Of a stretch of 64,000 nucleotides of DNA, positions 27,248-40,968 are shown in pieces. The position numbers and the translations under genes are program-made. Positions within the stretch are counted from its first letter, which is position 1; every line of letters starts with the position of its first letter. The notes beneath the pieces are model-generated. The model saw only the letters and a program-made list of their open reading frames with translations. It ran no database searches and was not told the origin of the DNA. Source of the stretch: Eledone cirrhosa (Eukaryota); NCBI GenBank assembly GCA_964016885.1, contig OZ024742.1, positions 73,408,001-73,472,000 of the forward strand. Direction: 5' to 3'.

Positions 27248-30200
27248 TCATCATCATCATCATCAACGTTTAACGTCCGTGTTCCACGCTTGCATGGGTT
27301 TGGACGGGGGTAGTCCCACTTGAGGCAAGAGTGATTGTCTTGCTCGCATAGGACTGTCTGGCAGGTTTTCTACAGTTGGATGCCCTTCCTAACACCAACC
27401 ACATTTACAGTGTGGGTCTGGGAGGTTTTTACCGTGTTGCCTACACGGCCACATTACAGCGTGGACTGTGTGTTTTTTTTGTCGTGACACCTACACGATC
27501 TCATTTGTTTCGGCCTCGATGGCGCGGCACCAACATAACTTTACATAGAACGGGGTGGTGTGGATGGGGTGGGGGTGGTGGTGTATTTTGTTAGAGATGC
27601 CTACTGGCTGGAGTAGGTTTTACTATATATTTAGGTAAGGCGGGTCTTCTCTGTTACTGAGTACCGCCAAAGGTCTCGGTCCAGTGACATTGTCTTGGAG
27701 AGGTGTAAGTGTGTGATGTCGGAGTTTATCAGCTCGTCCCAGGTTTTTCTGGGTCTGCCTATTCCGTGACTACCGTCTATCTTTATTGCCCTGCACTTTG
27801 TTATACAGCTATCGACTTTCATGCGCATCACGTGTCCATACCAACGTAGCCTTCTCTCGAGTAAACAACATCTGATCCCTCTTATCTCTAATTTTTTCCT
27901 TAGTTCGTTTATGCTTTGCCGTTCACGTATATTACTGTTACACATCCAGCGGAGCATGCAAGCTTCGTTCCTCTCTAGTCTGCGTATATCCTCTGCACAC
28001 AATGCCCAGGTCTCACTGCCATGCAGCATTGCTGTTCGTATGCAGGCATCGTACAACCTGCCTTTCATTTTTAGTGAGAACCCTTTAGCAGCTAATAGTG
28101 GTATAAGCTCTCTGAACTTTTTCCAACCAGTTCTGACTCTAGCTACAGTACTTTCAGAGCACCCTCCCCCACTGCTGATTTTATCGCCCAGGTAACGGAA
28201 GCTGTCCACTATTTCTATAGAACCCTCTGCGCAATTGAAAGAGCTAGTATTTTGTGGGCACTTGCTGCTACTTATTGCACCAGAACACCGGCCACATGTA
28301 AAATCTATGTTCTTAGTTAGCTTACCTGTGATCCCACTACATCTTTTATGCACCCATACTTTGCATTTAGGACATAAAATGGAGTTTCTACCTACGCCTT
28401 TCCTACACACCGAGCACGACCATTTCCCAGAAGGGACCGCCGCCTTGTTTTCTTTCCTACAAACTAGTACTTTGGTCTTAGCCAGGTTAATTTTAAGTCC
28501 TTTTGACTCTAGGCCGTGCTTCCATGTTTGGAATTTCTTCTCTAGCTCGGCCATTGATTCCGCTATGAGTGTCAGGTCGTCTGCGTATAGGAGTTCCCAT
28601 GGGCAGCCTGTCTTGAACTCCTCTGTTATAGCCTGAAGGGCAATAATAAATAGTAGTGGGCTGAGAACAGAGCCCTGATGGACGCCAACTTTTACGCTAA
28701 ACTCTTCACTATATTCGTTGTTAATTCTAACCTTGCTGACTGTTTCTTTATACATGGCTTGTATAGCCCTCACAAGCCATTCGTCAACGCCTAGTTTTCT
28801 AAGAGCCCACCAGATAATGGAGCAGGGGACTCTGTCGAAGGCTTTCTCCAAGTCGACAAAAGCTAAGTAGAGGGGTTTACCTTTAGCTAGGTACTTCTCC
28901 TGTAGTTGTCGTACTATGAAAAGAGCGTCTGTGGTACTTTTGCCTGACACAAACCCGAACTGCATTTCATCTAGGTCAATTCTCTCTCTGATTAGTTGCG
29001 CTATTACTTTTTCCGTGACCTTCATGACCTGGTCGATTAATTTAATGCCTCTATAGTTACTCCTATCTAGGGCGTCTCCTTTACCCTTATAACAATTAAC
29101 GATGATGCTGCTATGCCAGTCCTTCGGAACAACCCCATTCTGTACGACTTGGTTAACTATGCGGGTGACCATGGTGTGTCCCACCGTGCCAGATGCCTTC
29201 AGCATCTCAGCAACTATTTCCGAAGGCCCAGCCGCCTTACCCGTCTTCATATCCTTGATTGCCTTACTTATTATACTCCCCTCGACTAACACTGCTGGTC
29301 CCTCTATTGGGTCGATATGGGGGAGACTGTCTTTCTCCCATTTATTCTCCTCATTTAGTAGCCTTTCATAGTGACACTTCCAAGCTACCTTCTTATCAGC
29401 GTCGGTGATGGCAAGTGTGCCATCGTCGTTTAGTACACACTTCTCCCCGACAATATCACGGTTTTCCTTGACGCATTGCCTAGCAATCCTGAACACCTCA
29501 CGTTTTTGGTCATCGCGTTGTAGAACATGCTTGAACTTTCTTTCCTCAGCTTCCCTTCTTGCTAAGTACACTTGTCTCCTAGCTTCCCTCCTGGCTACTT
29601 GATAGTCTTCTCTACTTCCCCCATCCCGCCATACTTTCCAGGCCTGCTTTTTGGCCTTAATTGACCCCCTCCACCTTACTGTTCCACCACCATGTTACTC
29701 TCCTCCTGCCTACAGGCCTGCTCCAGCCACAGACTTCGTCTGTCGCCAACAGCAGGTTTGCTTTCAGAAATTCCCACTCTCCCTCTATATTGTCTGACTC
29801 TAAATGTTCTTCCTTACTGTCGAAAGCATCAAGTAATATGCTTTGAAATTTATTCCTGGCTGTGGGGTCCTTTAGCTTCCATATTTTTCTCCTGAGGATA
29901 GTCCTCTTCTGCTGTCGAGTACGTCTCGTCCTGACTATGAGGTCGCTAATTATCAGTCTATGTTGGGAGGTGCATTCTTCATGGGGGAGGGATTTAGTGT
30001 TTACAACAGACACTCTGTCACGTCTTCTGGTAAGGATATAATCTACTTGGCTTGTGTGTTCCCCGGATCTATAGGTGATCAGGTGATTGTCACGTTTTTT
30101 GAAGTTAGTGTTACAGATAGTTAGGTTATTTGCATCACAGAATTCCAGGATTCTGGAGCCTTCCTCATTTCTAGTACCAAACCCATAGCCTCCATGGATT

Positions 30201-31130
30201 TCGTCGTAGCCGTCACAATGTTGTCCAACGTGACCATTTAGGTCGCCTGCGATAATTATATAGTCACTGTCGGATATTTGGGAGGTAGTTAGCATCAGTG
30301 TCTCATAGAATCTGTCTTTTATAGTGCCGGGCAGTCCGGATTGGGGTGCGTACGCAGATATTACTGTCACCGTAGTTCTATTGAGGACAAGTCGTATTTT
30401 AATTATTCTGTCGTTCACTCTATTTACGTCTATTATCTTATCTGCCCACTTTTCTGCTACCATGATTCCTACTCCACCCAGCCCATCGTCGTTTCCCACC
30501 CAGAAAAGCTTATAACATCGTTTTTTACCCTCAATGAACCTAGCAGACCCACCCCTCCACCTAGTCTCTTGAATACAATAAACATCGACCTCCTTACGTT
30601 CAAGCATTTCTAACCTCGTTAGCGCGACCCTTTAGGGTGCCTACATTTATGGTACCAACTCTGAAGTTTTGGATTGCGTTTGGGGGTTGGGGGCGGTGGG
30701 GGGCGGGCGGCGATGGGGTTATGTTAGCCGTCCGCGGTCGAAACAATGAGTGCTCGCATTCTCGTCCAAGAGGTGAATTTGTCTTTATCTTTGGCATTGT
30801 CGCTTGAGCGTCCAGATTTTTCTCTCTCTCTCCTCCACTCTCCAGGATTCCGCAGTCCATCCATCCATCATATATCATATATCGAAAGGCAACCAGGCAA
30901 GCGATAGTATAGGCCTCTGGCTTCTGATTGGTCCGCGTAATAATACTGGTGATGCGTGGGGGCTCTGTTTTATGATTGGTCCACGTAATAGCAATGGTGG
31001 TGCGTGGGGGTGGGAGGGAGGGGTGTTGGGTAGCTAGATAGAAGGTAATGATTGAATGGGGTCCTTGCATTTAACAAGCGATTAACAAAAATACAAAATT
31101 TGTTCTGTTCAATACGACCAAAAACTTTCG
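27248..31130 (-). mobile_element. Full-length RTE-clade LINE with two frameshifts
   Basis: 5' UTR, probable ATG at 30797, APE domain (GTINVGTL, CIQETRW, GDLNGHVG, QVDYIL, SQHRLI), RT (QFGF, FVDLEKAFDRV, GVHQGSVLSP, LLYADD), 3' UTR and (GAT)n tail at 27248-27265. Confidence 0.95.
27631..30797 (-). pseudogene. RTE APE-RT polyprotein, frameshifted near 30610 and 29665
   Basis: ORFs 30600-31070, 29657-30607 and 27631-29571 join into one protein if two indels are corrected. It includes a Cys/His-rich PHD-like finger after the RT core. Confidence 0.9.
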
Positions 31131-31204
31131 TATTTAACAATTAATAAAAATATATATATATATATATATAACCCATGCTGGATATTAAATGATGATGATA
31201 TATA

Positions 31205-32790
31205 TTTATCTGGAGGGCTCTTAGAAAACTAAATGTTGATGAATGGCTTGTGAGAGCTATACAAGCTATGTATAAAGAAACAGTCAGCAAGGAATATAGT
31301 GAAGAATTTAGCATAAACGTTGGTGTTCATCAAGGCTCTGTCCTTAGCCCCCTCCTATCATTGCCCTTCAGGCTATAACAGAGGAGTTCAAGACCAGCTG
31401 CCCATGGGAACTTCTATACGCTGATGATCTAACTCTCATAGCTGAATCGATGGCTGAACTAGAGAAGAAATTCCAAACACGGAAGCATGGCCTAGAATCA
31501 AAAGGCCTTAAAGTTAACTTGTCTAAAACTAAAGTTCTAGTATGTAGAAAGGAAAATAGGGCACAGGTCTCCTCTGGGAAATGGCCATGCTCAGTGTGTA
31601 GGAAAGGAGTAGGCAGAAATTCCATTTTATGTCCCAAATGCAAACTATGGGTACATAAAAGATGTAGTGGGATCACAAGTAAGCTATCTAAGAACATAGA
31701 TTTTATATGTGGCCGATGCTCAGGTGCAATAAGTAGCAAGTGCCCACAGGATACCAGCTCCTTCTATTACCCAGATGGTTCTATAGAAATAGTGGACACC
31801 TTCCGTTACCTGGGTGACAAGATCAGCAGTGGTGGAGGGTGCTCTGAAAGTACAGTAGCCAGAGTCAGAACGGGATGGAAAAAGTTCAGAGAGCTTATAC
31901 CACTATTGGCCACTAAAGGTTTCTCTCTAAAAATTAAAGGCAGATTGTATGATGCGTGCATACAAACAGCAATGTTACATGGCAGTGAGACATGGGCATT
32001 GTGTGCAGCGGACCTGCGCAGACTGGAGAGGAACGGAGCATGCATGCTCCGTTGGATGTGTAATAGTAATATATGCAAACGGCAAAGCATAAATGAACTA
32101 AGTGAGAAATTAGGAATAAGAGGGATCAGATGCTGTTTACTCGAGAGAAGACTACGTTCGTATGGTGATGTGCATTAAAGACGAAAGCTGTATAAAAAAG
32201 TGCAGGGTGAGCAAAATTGATGGAAGTTACGGAGTAGGTAGACCCAGAAAAACCTGGGACGATTTGATAAATTCCAACCTTACACATTTACACCTCTCTG
32301 AGACAATGTCACTGGACCGAGATCTTTGGCGCTACATAGTAATACAGAAGACCCACCTTGCCTATGTACATAGCGAAACCTACAGTCAGTAGGCACCTCT
32401 TAACCAAATATACACCCCCATCCCACTACCCCTACTCCATCTCCCACTCCCACCAATACCCCCCACTCCCAACAACACCACCCTCTCTCTGTAAAGTTAT
32501 GTTGGTACCACAACATCCAGTCCAAAATAAATGAGGTTGTGTAGGTGTCACGACAAAAAAACACATAGTCCACGCTGTAATGTGGCCGTGTAGGTAACAC
32601 GGTAAAAACCTCCCAGTCCACACTGTAAACGTGGTTGGTGTTAGGAAGGGCATGCAGCCGTAGAAAACCTGCCTGACAGTCCTATACGAGCGAGACATGG
32701 TCTCCCGACCAATCTTGCCTCAAGTGGGACAATTCCCATCTAAACCTATGCTAGCGTGGAAGATAGATGTTAAATGATGATGATGATGAT
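31205..32790 (+). mobile_element. 5'-truncated RTE copy of the same family, inverted relative to the full-length copy
   Basis: ORFs 31450-32178 and 32162-32392 closely match the C-terminal half of 27631-29571, with the same 3' UTR and a (GAT)n tail. Confidence 0.93.
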
Positions 32791-34255
32791 AATATATATA
32801 TATATATATATGTATATCATTACATCTGGTTACCATATGTACATGACTTGGAGGGGCCATTACTGTCTGAATCAGTTATTATTCAGAGTTTCTCTCTTCT
32901 TAGACAGGTCAAGGGTCAGACCTCAATTGTTGGTTCCAATTGTGCCATTGTTTTTTCATCTGGATGCCCAACCATATTACAGGGTGTACTGGTTTATTTT
33001 ATCTTGACAATTAACATTGAGAAATTGTCATGTCCTTGATAACACTATAAAGATTCTCTCAATCCTATATTGTCTCTGTCTTTGATTGCCAACCACTTTA
33101 CAGAATGTACAGGGTGTATTTTATTATGGCACTAGCCTTAGCAAGTTTTCCTTGTATGCTGTAATACCAGGGAATCTTCATTACTCTATGTTGTTTCCAT
33201 ATACCAGAGAGTCAATAGAAGAAGAATCAAGGCAAGAGGGTGAAAGAAAAGAGAGAGAGAGTATGATGGGAGAAACAACATGCTTGAGGCATAAGTGTTG
33301 TAGATGAGGGTGTAATGGAAGAGATAGTGATGGATGGTAATAGAAATGGGTAATGGGAGGAGGGTGATAGATAATAAGGAACCTAAGGGAGAGAGACTGA
33401 TGGTTAGCAGTACAGAAGGGTTATGGTTGCGTATATTAAATACAAATGGATTCAATGAGCCATTTTGAGAGGAAAGTGGTGTACAATAAGGGTGGAGGCA
33501 TGTAGCTTAGTGGTTAAGTTGTTTGATTCACAATCGTAAGGCTGCAAGTTCAATTCCTTCCCGCACTAGGCTTTACATTTGTGTCCTTGAGCAAAACACT
33601 TTATTTCATGTTCCTCCAGTGGTCTGAGGACTTACCATTATGTACGGTTGACGCTCCACTGAGTGCATTAGAGAGGTCCTCCCAAATCTTTTGTTTGGCA
33701 AACTTTCTATGGCTGGATGCTCTTTCTATCACCAACAAGTTTACGGCATGTACTGGGTGTGTATAAATAAATATATATGGGATAACAAGTTATTGTTTTA
33801 GGCAATCCAGTTAGAGGTCGTGAGTACTCCGTACTATGGATAATTTTAATGTACGGCGTTGTTTGACTCAACAAGAGGTTTTCTTAGTTAGGTAGTGAGT
33901 TTACGAGAATTCCCATGTTGGTTATTCTTGGAGTAATAATAGTGAAAGAGTGAAGAATAACATGGTCGGCTGTACAAAAAGGGTTTTATAGTGAAAGAGT
34001 GAAGAAACAATTGATAATACTGTAAATAAAACCTTTTTTGTACAGCCGACCATGTTATTCTTCACTCTTTCACTATATATATATATTTATACACACACAA
34101 TATTGTGTAGTTAAGGAGTTCAGTTCCTAACTATGTGGTTTTAGGTGCACTTCCATTATGTAGCACCTTAGGCAAGTGTCTTTTATTATAGCCTTAAGTT
34201 GACCAATAACTTGTGAGTGAAATTTAGTAGATGGAACCTGCAGAAGCTAACTCAC

Positions 34256-34326
<71 letters not shown>

Positions 34327-35701
34327 TAAATTTCACTCACAAGTTATTGGTCAACTTAAGGCTATAATAAAAGACACTTGCCTAAGGTGTTACATAATGG
34401 AAGTGCACCTAAAACCACATAGTTAGGAACTGAACTCCTTAACTACACAATATTGTGTGTGTATAAATATATATATATATATATTTATTTATACACACCG
34501 TGTCCTGGGTGTGTTTTATATATATATACATATATATACTTCTCACAATGCTGCAAATTCATTGCCTATATATATATATAGGTAGATACATAGGTATGGA
34601 GTGTCGGTAGTGTGAATGGTCTAACTCTTATCCCATTAATATATATATATATATAAGTATATATGTGCGTGTGTATCTATGCATGTGTTTATATCTTGTA
34701 ACATAGCAGTTCAACAAAAAGAGATTGATAAAATAAGTACTGGGATTGATATGATCACCTAAACCCTTGTAAAACAATGCTCCATCATCATCATAGTCTA
34801 ATGACTGAAATGAATAAAGAGTACACGATCAGTACAACCTGTAAAGTAGTTGGCAAATGATGGAGACAATGTAGAGAGGACTGTTTAGTCTTGCTGAGGT
34901 AATGACAGCCTCTCTAGTGTTGGTGCCACAATAAAATGCCCTCATTACACTATGTAAAGTGGTTAGTCATAGAAAAGAGACCAAAATTGGAACATACGAG
35001 CAAGATGGTCTCTCTGACCTGTCAACAAAGACTAACTCCTAAAAAGAATTGACTCATCTCTTGATGATGCTCCAGTATATGGAAATGTTCTCCGGCTGTA
35101 GTTACACACACTCTATCAGTAATCATTTGTCTTCTATTAATTTGTAGTTATTCTAATATTTTCTCCTAATATATGTATATATACTCATGTAAAATTCAAA
35201 TTTTTTAGACCATTTTTCTAAGGTTAAATTTATGGGGTCAACTATTACAAGGATACTTTTGAAATTCAAGCTAGAATCCAAAATACCATATCAATAGCAG
35301 AAGCTTAACTGATCTCTTAGCGAATGAAAATAAAAACAATGAATTACAGTCACATTACCGATTCTATGCATCAAAACATACATCCTAGTAAATAACAAAA
35401 TCCATAAACAGGGTCGTGTAGCTCTTATAAATATTTACACTTACTCTTCTACTCATATCCAATCAAACTTAACAGACTAGCTTAGTACAATCAATTTATA
35501 TTTCATAATTACCATGGGTAATTTATCTACCGATATGCCACTACCTACCATAATATTGTGCACATTGCCAATACCTGCTCAGCGTGTTTCACATCACAAC
35601 TCTCCAATCACATTATTTTCATATTTGTGGTTAAAGTCACAAGTGTGTTATGGTACGGTATATTAGTGCTGCATTTTTATTTATAATTCAGTGCAATTTA
35701 G

Positions 35702-35898
35702 CCCTTTAGCATTTAAACTGGCCGTATCTAGTCAGAATTCTCTCACCTCTTTCTGTTCAAACTGGCCACTCATACTGATGTTAAGGTATTGTTCTCAAAA
35801 TAAATAACATCAAAATCTCATAGATTCGATTTATGTGAGATAAAGCCCTTACCATGAAAATATAATAGTATATATAGAGTAATATAAATGCTAAAGGG
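35702..35898. mobile_element. piggyBac-type MITE
   Basis: TIRs CCCTTTAGCATTTA / TAAATGCTAAAGGG with TTAG and TTAA flanks. Confidence 0.7.
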
Positions 35899-36471
35899 TT
35901 AAGGCTTTAAATATCAAAATTGATAAAACAAGTAGAAACACAACACCAATCTCTACCACTAACAATTATGACGATTTTGTAACAGCTATTTCTACATACA
36001 GGATGATACCTTGACCCACAAATGTTGACCTGTTATCTGTGAAATACTAGGATCGACTTTTATACAAGGTCTATGGAAAATTCCAGATTATTGGCCAAAA
36101 ATAGGGAGAACTTTTACATGAGATTGACTGTTCCTCAAATATATACGGTATATATATATCATGTCGGTGACAAGACAAAAGCACCCAGTCGATCTTGTAA
36201 GGTGGTCACACAGGTGACAATGAAAAAACACCCAGTCCACCCTGTTAAATGGTCATTTTGGTGCCACGATAAAAAAAAACCTCGTCTAAAAGGTAACGTG
36301 GTTGGTAGGAAAGGTACCCAGCCATAGAGACCAAACCAAAATACAGATCTATATGAGCAAGATGTGGTCACCTGACTTGACTTGTCTCATAATGTGACAA
36401 CCTGTCTAACTTATACAAGCACGGTAAAATAGGCATTAAACGGTGATGATGATGATATATATGTATGTGTT

Positions 36472-36752
36472 GGAGGCACGTGGCTTAGTGGTAAGGATGT
36501 TGGACTTACAATCATAATGTCATGGGTTTGATTCCTGAACTGGGTTCTGTGTTGTGTTCTTGAGCAAAACACTTCATTTCACATTGCTTCAGTGTACCCA
36601 GCTGAAAATGAATACCAGCAATAGCTGGGGGTTTAACCCTGCGAGGGACTGGCGTCCTGACCAGGGGGAAGTCTGATACTCTCAGTCGCTTCACGCCATG
36701 GCAACTGGATAAGCCCCAGCCTGATGAGCCTCCGGGCTCGAGACAGACTTTA
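36472..36752 (+). mobile_element. tRNA-derived SINE family 3 (different 3' half)
   Basis: Head and middle resemble family 2, followed by AACCCTGCGAGGGACTGGCGTCCTGACCAGGGGG...GCCTGATGAGCC...CAGACTTT. Confidence 0.75.
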
Positions 36753-36794
36753 GATGGATGTATGTATTTATATATATGTGTGTGTGTGTATATA

Positions 36795-38235
36795 TCATCA
36801 TCATCACTGTTTTACGTCTGTTCTTCCACGCTAGCATGGGTTAGACGGGTTGTCCTGTTGTGGGCAGTGTCTGGTCGGCTGACCATGCCTTGCTCATACA
36901 GGAACTGATTCTGGCTTGATTTCTACAGCTGGATGCCCTTCCTAACACCAACCTCATTTACAGTGAATGCTGGGTGCTTTTTTTCCGTGGCGCCTACACG
37001 TCCACTTTACAGTGTGGGCTGGGTGCTTTTTTGCCATGGCACCTCCACAACCACTTTGCAGTGGGAGGGGGTGGGGGCATATTGTCTATATGCTTCAGCT
37101 TCGTCTTGTTCCTGTGGGAAGTCACGGTCGTGTCATTGCCCTTGAGAGGTGCAATTATCACTTCATCCCAGGTCTTCTTGGGTCTCCCCACTCTGGCGCT
37201 TCCATCGACTTCTAGTGCTCTGCACCTTTTTATATAGCTGTCATCCTTCATACGCATCACATGTCCATACCAACGCAACCTCCTCTCCTGCACACAGCAT
37301 TTGATTCCTCTTATGCTCAGTCTCTCTCTCAATTCGTTTATGCTTTGCCGTTCGCGTCTATTAAAATTACACATATATCGGAGCATGCAAGCTTCATTTC
37401 TTTCTAATCTGTGCAAGTCTTCTATAGACAGCGCCCAGGTCTCACTACCATGTAACATTGATGTTCATATGCACGCATCATACAGTCTGCCTTTCATTTT
37501 GAGGGAAAAGCCTTTTGCAGTTAGCAGTGGCAGTAGCTCCCTGAACTTCTTCCATCCCGTTCTTACCCTAGTTATTGTACTTTCCGAACACCCACCTCCG
37601 CTGCTAATTCGGTGACCTAGGCAGAAGCTGTCTACTGTTTCTACAGAGCCCTCCCAGAGTTTGGTGGTGCTTGTTTCCTGTGGTGGTTTGCTGCATGTTG
37701 TCCCAGCGCAGCTGCTACATATGAAGCCTACATTCTTAGTTAAACTTCCTGAGATCCTACTACATCTTTTGTGAATCCATTGTTTGCATTTGGGGCAGAA
37801 GATGGAGTTCCTACCCACACCTTTCCTACATACTGAGCAAGGCCATTTCCCTGGGGGGATCTGGGTTCTGTTTTCTTGTCTACTTACAAGAACCGTAGTC
37901 TTTGTCAGGTTGACTTTGAGACCCTTTCTTTCTAGTCCCTGCTTCCGTTTGGAATTTCTTCTCTAGTTCCACTATGGATTCAGCTAAAGTGCGAGATCAT
38001 CCGCATATAGGAGTTCCCATGGGCATCTAGTTTTAAACTCCTCCGTTATTGCCTGCAAAGCTATAATGAACAGGATAGTGCTAAGAACAGAGCCCTGGTG
38101 GACACCAACCTGTATGCTAAATTCCTCGCTATAGTCATTGCTAACCCTAACTTTGCTGATTGCTCTTCTATACATGGCTTGTACAGCTTTCACAAGCCAT
38201 TCATCTACACCTAATTTTCTAAGAGCTCACCAGTA
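36795..38235 (-). mobile_element. 5'-truncated RTE copy of a related subfamily
   Basis: GVHQGSVLS, LLYADD, Cys finger and MLHGSETW motifs across frameshifted ORFs, with a (GAT)n tail. Confidence 0.92.
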
Positions 38236-39441
38236 TGTATGTATAAAAGAAAACTTGAAAAAGATGAAATTGCACGATTCAGTTGAACTCCTTAAAGAAT
38301 GAGATCGAGAGCCGAAAGTTAAACCTTGAAAATGGAACTCTTTGTGTTATTGAAATTTAGTATTTACATCCTGGAGAGGAGAGCGGCTCAACCAGGTTTA
38401 AAAATGTTGGTATGGCGCCCTTATGACTCCATCAAGTTACGGATCCATAAAAAAAAGTATATTCATATAAAAAATAATGAAAAACTTGTATGTAAAACCC
38501 TCATTTCAGAAATAACTGAACAGATTTGTTGTGTATTTAGGAAATGCTGAAAGTAAACATGGAAAATTATGGATTTGGATTATAGAAGCTGAAAAACATT
38601 TAATTGTACAAAAATTGAAAAAAATCTTGAAATAGGGAATAGTAGATATGAAAAAAGATATACGAACGAGACATATCTGAAGAAGATATATAAATAAATA
38701 AACCACTGAAAGTTCAGAAACTAAAAATACACACACACACATATATATACACACACTCACACACACAAAAATATTTAAGGCAATAGTTTGTCAAATGAGG
38801 TGAAAACGGTTATTTTAAACAAATGAACAAAAAGAAGGAAGTGATTATATGAAAGGAATATATATCATTAGGGCAACTTAGAGATTTGTTAATCTTAAGA
38901 AAAATGTTGTGTGATAGTATATTAGGCAAAATGAATGAGCAGGACTAAATAGTTAAGAAGTTCGCTTTGCAATCGTAAGGTCCCGAGTTTAATCCAACTG
39001 TGGTATCAATTACCATAGCCTTGGGTTGACTTGAGCCTTGTAAGTGAAATTGGGTAGATGGAAAGTGTTTAGAAGCCTATTCTATGGACTGTACCTGTAA
39101 TTAAAACGGCCAGCCTTGTCATACACAGTGTTATGTTAAATCACTCTGAGAATTGCATTCAGTGTGGTTAGACTCTTGCACATTAATTTCATGAGCAGGC
39201 TGTTCCTTTGATTGAAAAACTAGAATACTTATTGTTGAATCTGAGGGAGGTCCATTCCATTAGACAGACAATTAAAGAGCCAGAAGCTAGTGTGAGTTCA
39301 TTGAATACACATACACATGCTCCAAATTTCCAATTTGGCGATCACATAAACACTTGAATGGTTCGCAATCTTACTTCTACTATGGCAACAAAGAGGATTG
39401 GTTGGGAAGTGTTGTCACTAATCTGTTATCTGAGAGTGGAA

Positions 39442-39625
39442 ATAATTGTTTCTACTTTTTGGCACAAGGCCAGCAATTATCCCAGTACATTACTGGTACT
39501 TTATTTTATCGACCCCGTAAGGATGAAAGGCAAAGTTAACCTCGGCGGGAATTGAACTCAGATCGTAAAGGGACGTAACTATGCTGGAAAGCATAATCCA
39601 ACTCTCTACCGATACTGCCAATTCA
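39442..39625 (-). mobile_element. SINE family 1 copy
   Basis: Consensus match. Confidence 0.85.
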
Positions 39626-40794
39626 TGGAAATAATGTCAGTTTGTTTGTGCACATGTTGGAGAAAAACAAAAAATACATTCCTTCACATAGAATGTCAAA
39701 TAACTTTAATCATAGTAGTCAGCAGTTTATGCAAAAAAAAAAAAGATTCCTTCAGATATTCAGAAAGTTTCCAAAATGTAGTCGAAAGCTTTTTGTTACC
39801 TTGTTTCCTAGGTGTCTTAATTAACAGTGGAGTCATGTGTTCTGAAAGCATAGCATTCAGAGTAAGAAAAAGTGTAGGAAGCTGTTACCCATGCTGTCAA
39901 CAAACGGTTTCTCTTAGAGTGAATATTTAAATTTGTGTGCTTATATGATGGAGCAGAAATAAACTTGAGATAAAAATTGGATACATGAGAAATGAGATGT
40001 AATGTGCAAGAGGGGAAAACTATGTTGGTGCAGGTATGTGATACATATGGAGGATGTCAGTTATATAAAGAAGTGCTGAGTATTTAAAGTAGACGAGTAG
40101 AGGGAGTTCAAGAAAGATAAGAGATAAAGTGATGAAGACTGATATCAAAAGGCTGAAAGTTATTAAGGAAATGACGAAGTAGCATGACTTTTGTTGAGGC
40201 GCTGCATCAAGAAGCCATCCAACCAATGGAATCTTGGAAAAACAGATGTAAAAGTAATGACAGCCATGGTGATGGAGATTGGGATGCATAACCTCTACAT
40301 TTGGGCCTGTGCCAACTGATATGTTCATATGAAGTCTCCATATACAGCTTTTCTCATCTCAACATTTGTCTTCCACTTATTACTCAACTCCTGCTCATAT
40401 TAATATACCTTTCTACTATCACTCTTTTTGTCACCTGTGTAACAACGGATGGCATTACATTGGGCTTTACCATATTCTATCACCCTTTCTTTATTGCTAG
40501 CCATCTCTCTCTCTCTCATTACTCCCTACTTATTGTTAGCCATTTCTCTCTCATTACTTCCTCCCTTATTGCTAGCCATCCCTCTCATTACTCCTTCCCT
40601 TATTGCCAGCCTTCTCTCTCATTACTCCCTTATTACTAGCCATCCCTCCCTCTCTCTCATTTCTCCCTCACTTATCACTAGCCATCTCCCTCTCTCACAT
40701 TACTCCCTCCCTTATTGTTAGCTATCACTCTCTCTCACACATTGCCCCTTCTCTTATTGCTAGCAATTACTCTCTGCCCTCTTTATCACTCATT

Positions 40795-40968
40795 GATTGG
40801 CAGTATCGGTAGAGAGTCGGACGCCATGCTTTCCAGCATAGTTACGTCCCGAGTTCAAATCCCGCCGAGGTTCACTTTGCCTTTCATCCTTACGGGGTCG
40901 ATAAAATAAAGTACCAGTAATGTACTGGGTAATTGCTGGCCTTGTGCCAAAAGTAGAAACAATTATTA
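40795..40968 (+). mobile_element. SINE family 1 copy
   Basis: Consensus match with a short internal deletion. Confidence 0.85.

Noticed and set aside
36715-36750. CTGATGAGCCTCCGGGCTCGAGAC as a hammerhead
   Set aside because: GAGA replaces GAAA, the stem sequesters the core GA, and there is no stem I or III. It is the SINE 3' stem-loop.
39801-39842. Possible 42-nt minus-strand exon (EHMTPLLIKTPRKQ) as part of ATG10
   Set aside because: Its phase is incompatible with the phase-0 donor of exon 1, and it lacks the catalytic HPC motif expected just upstream.
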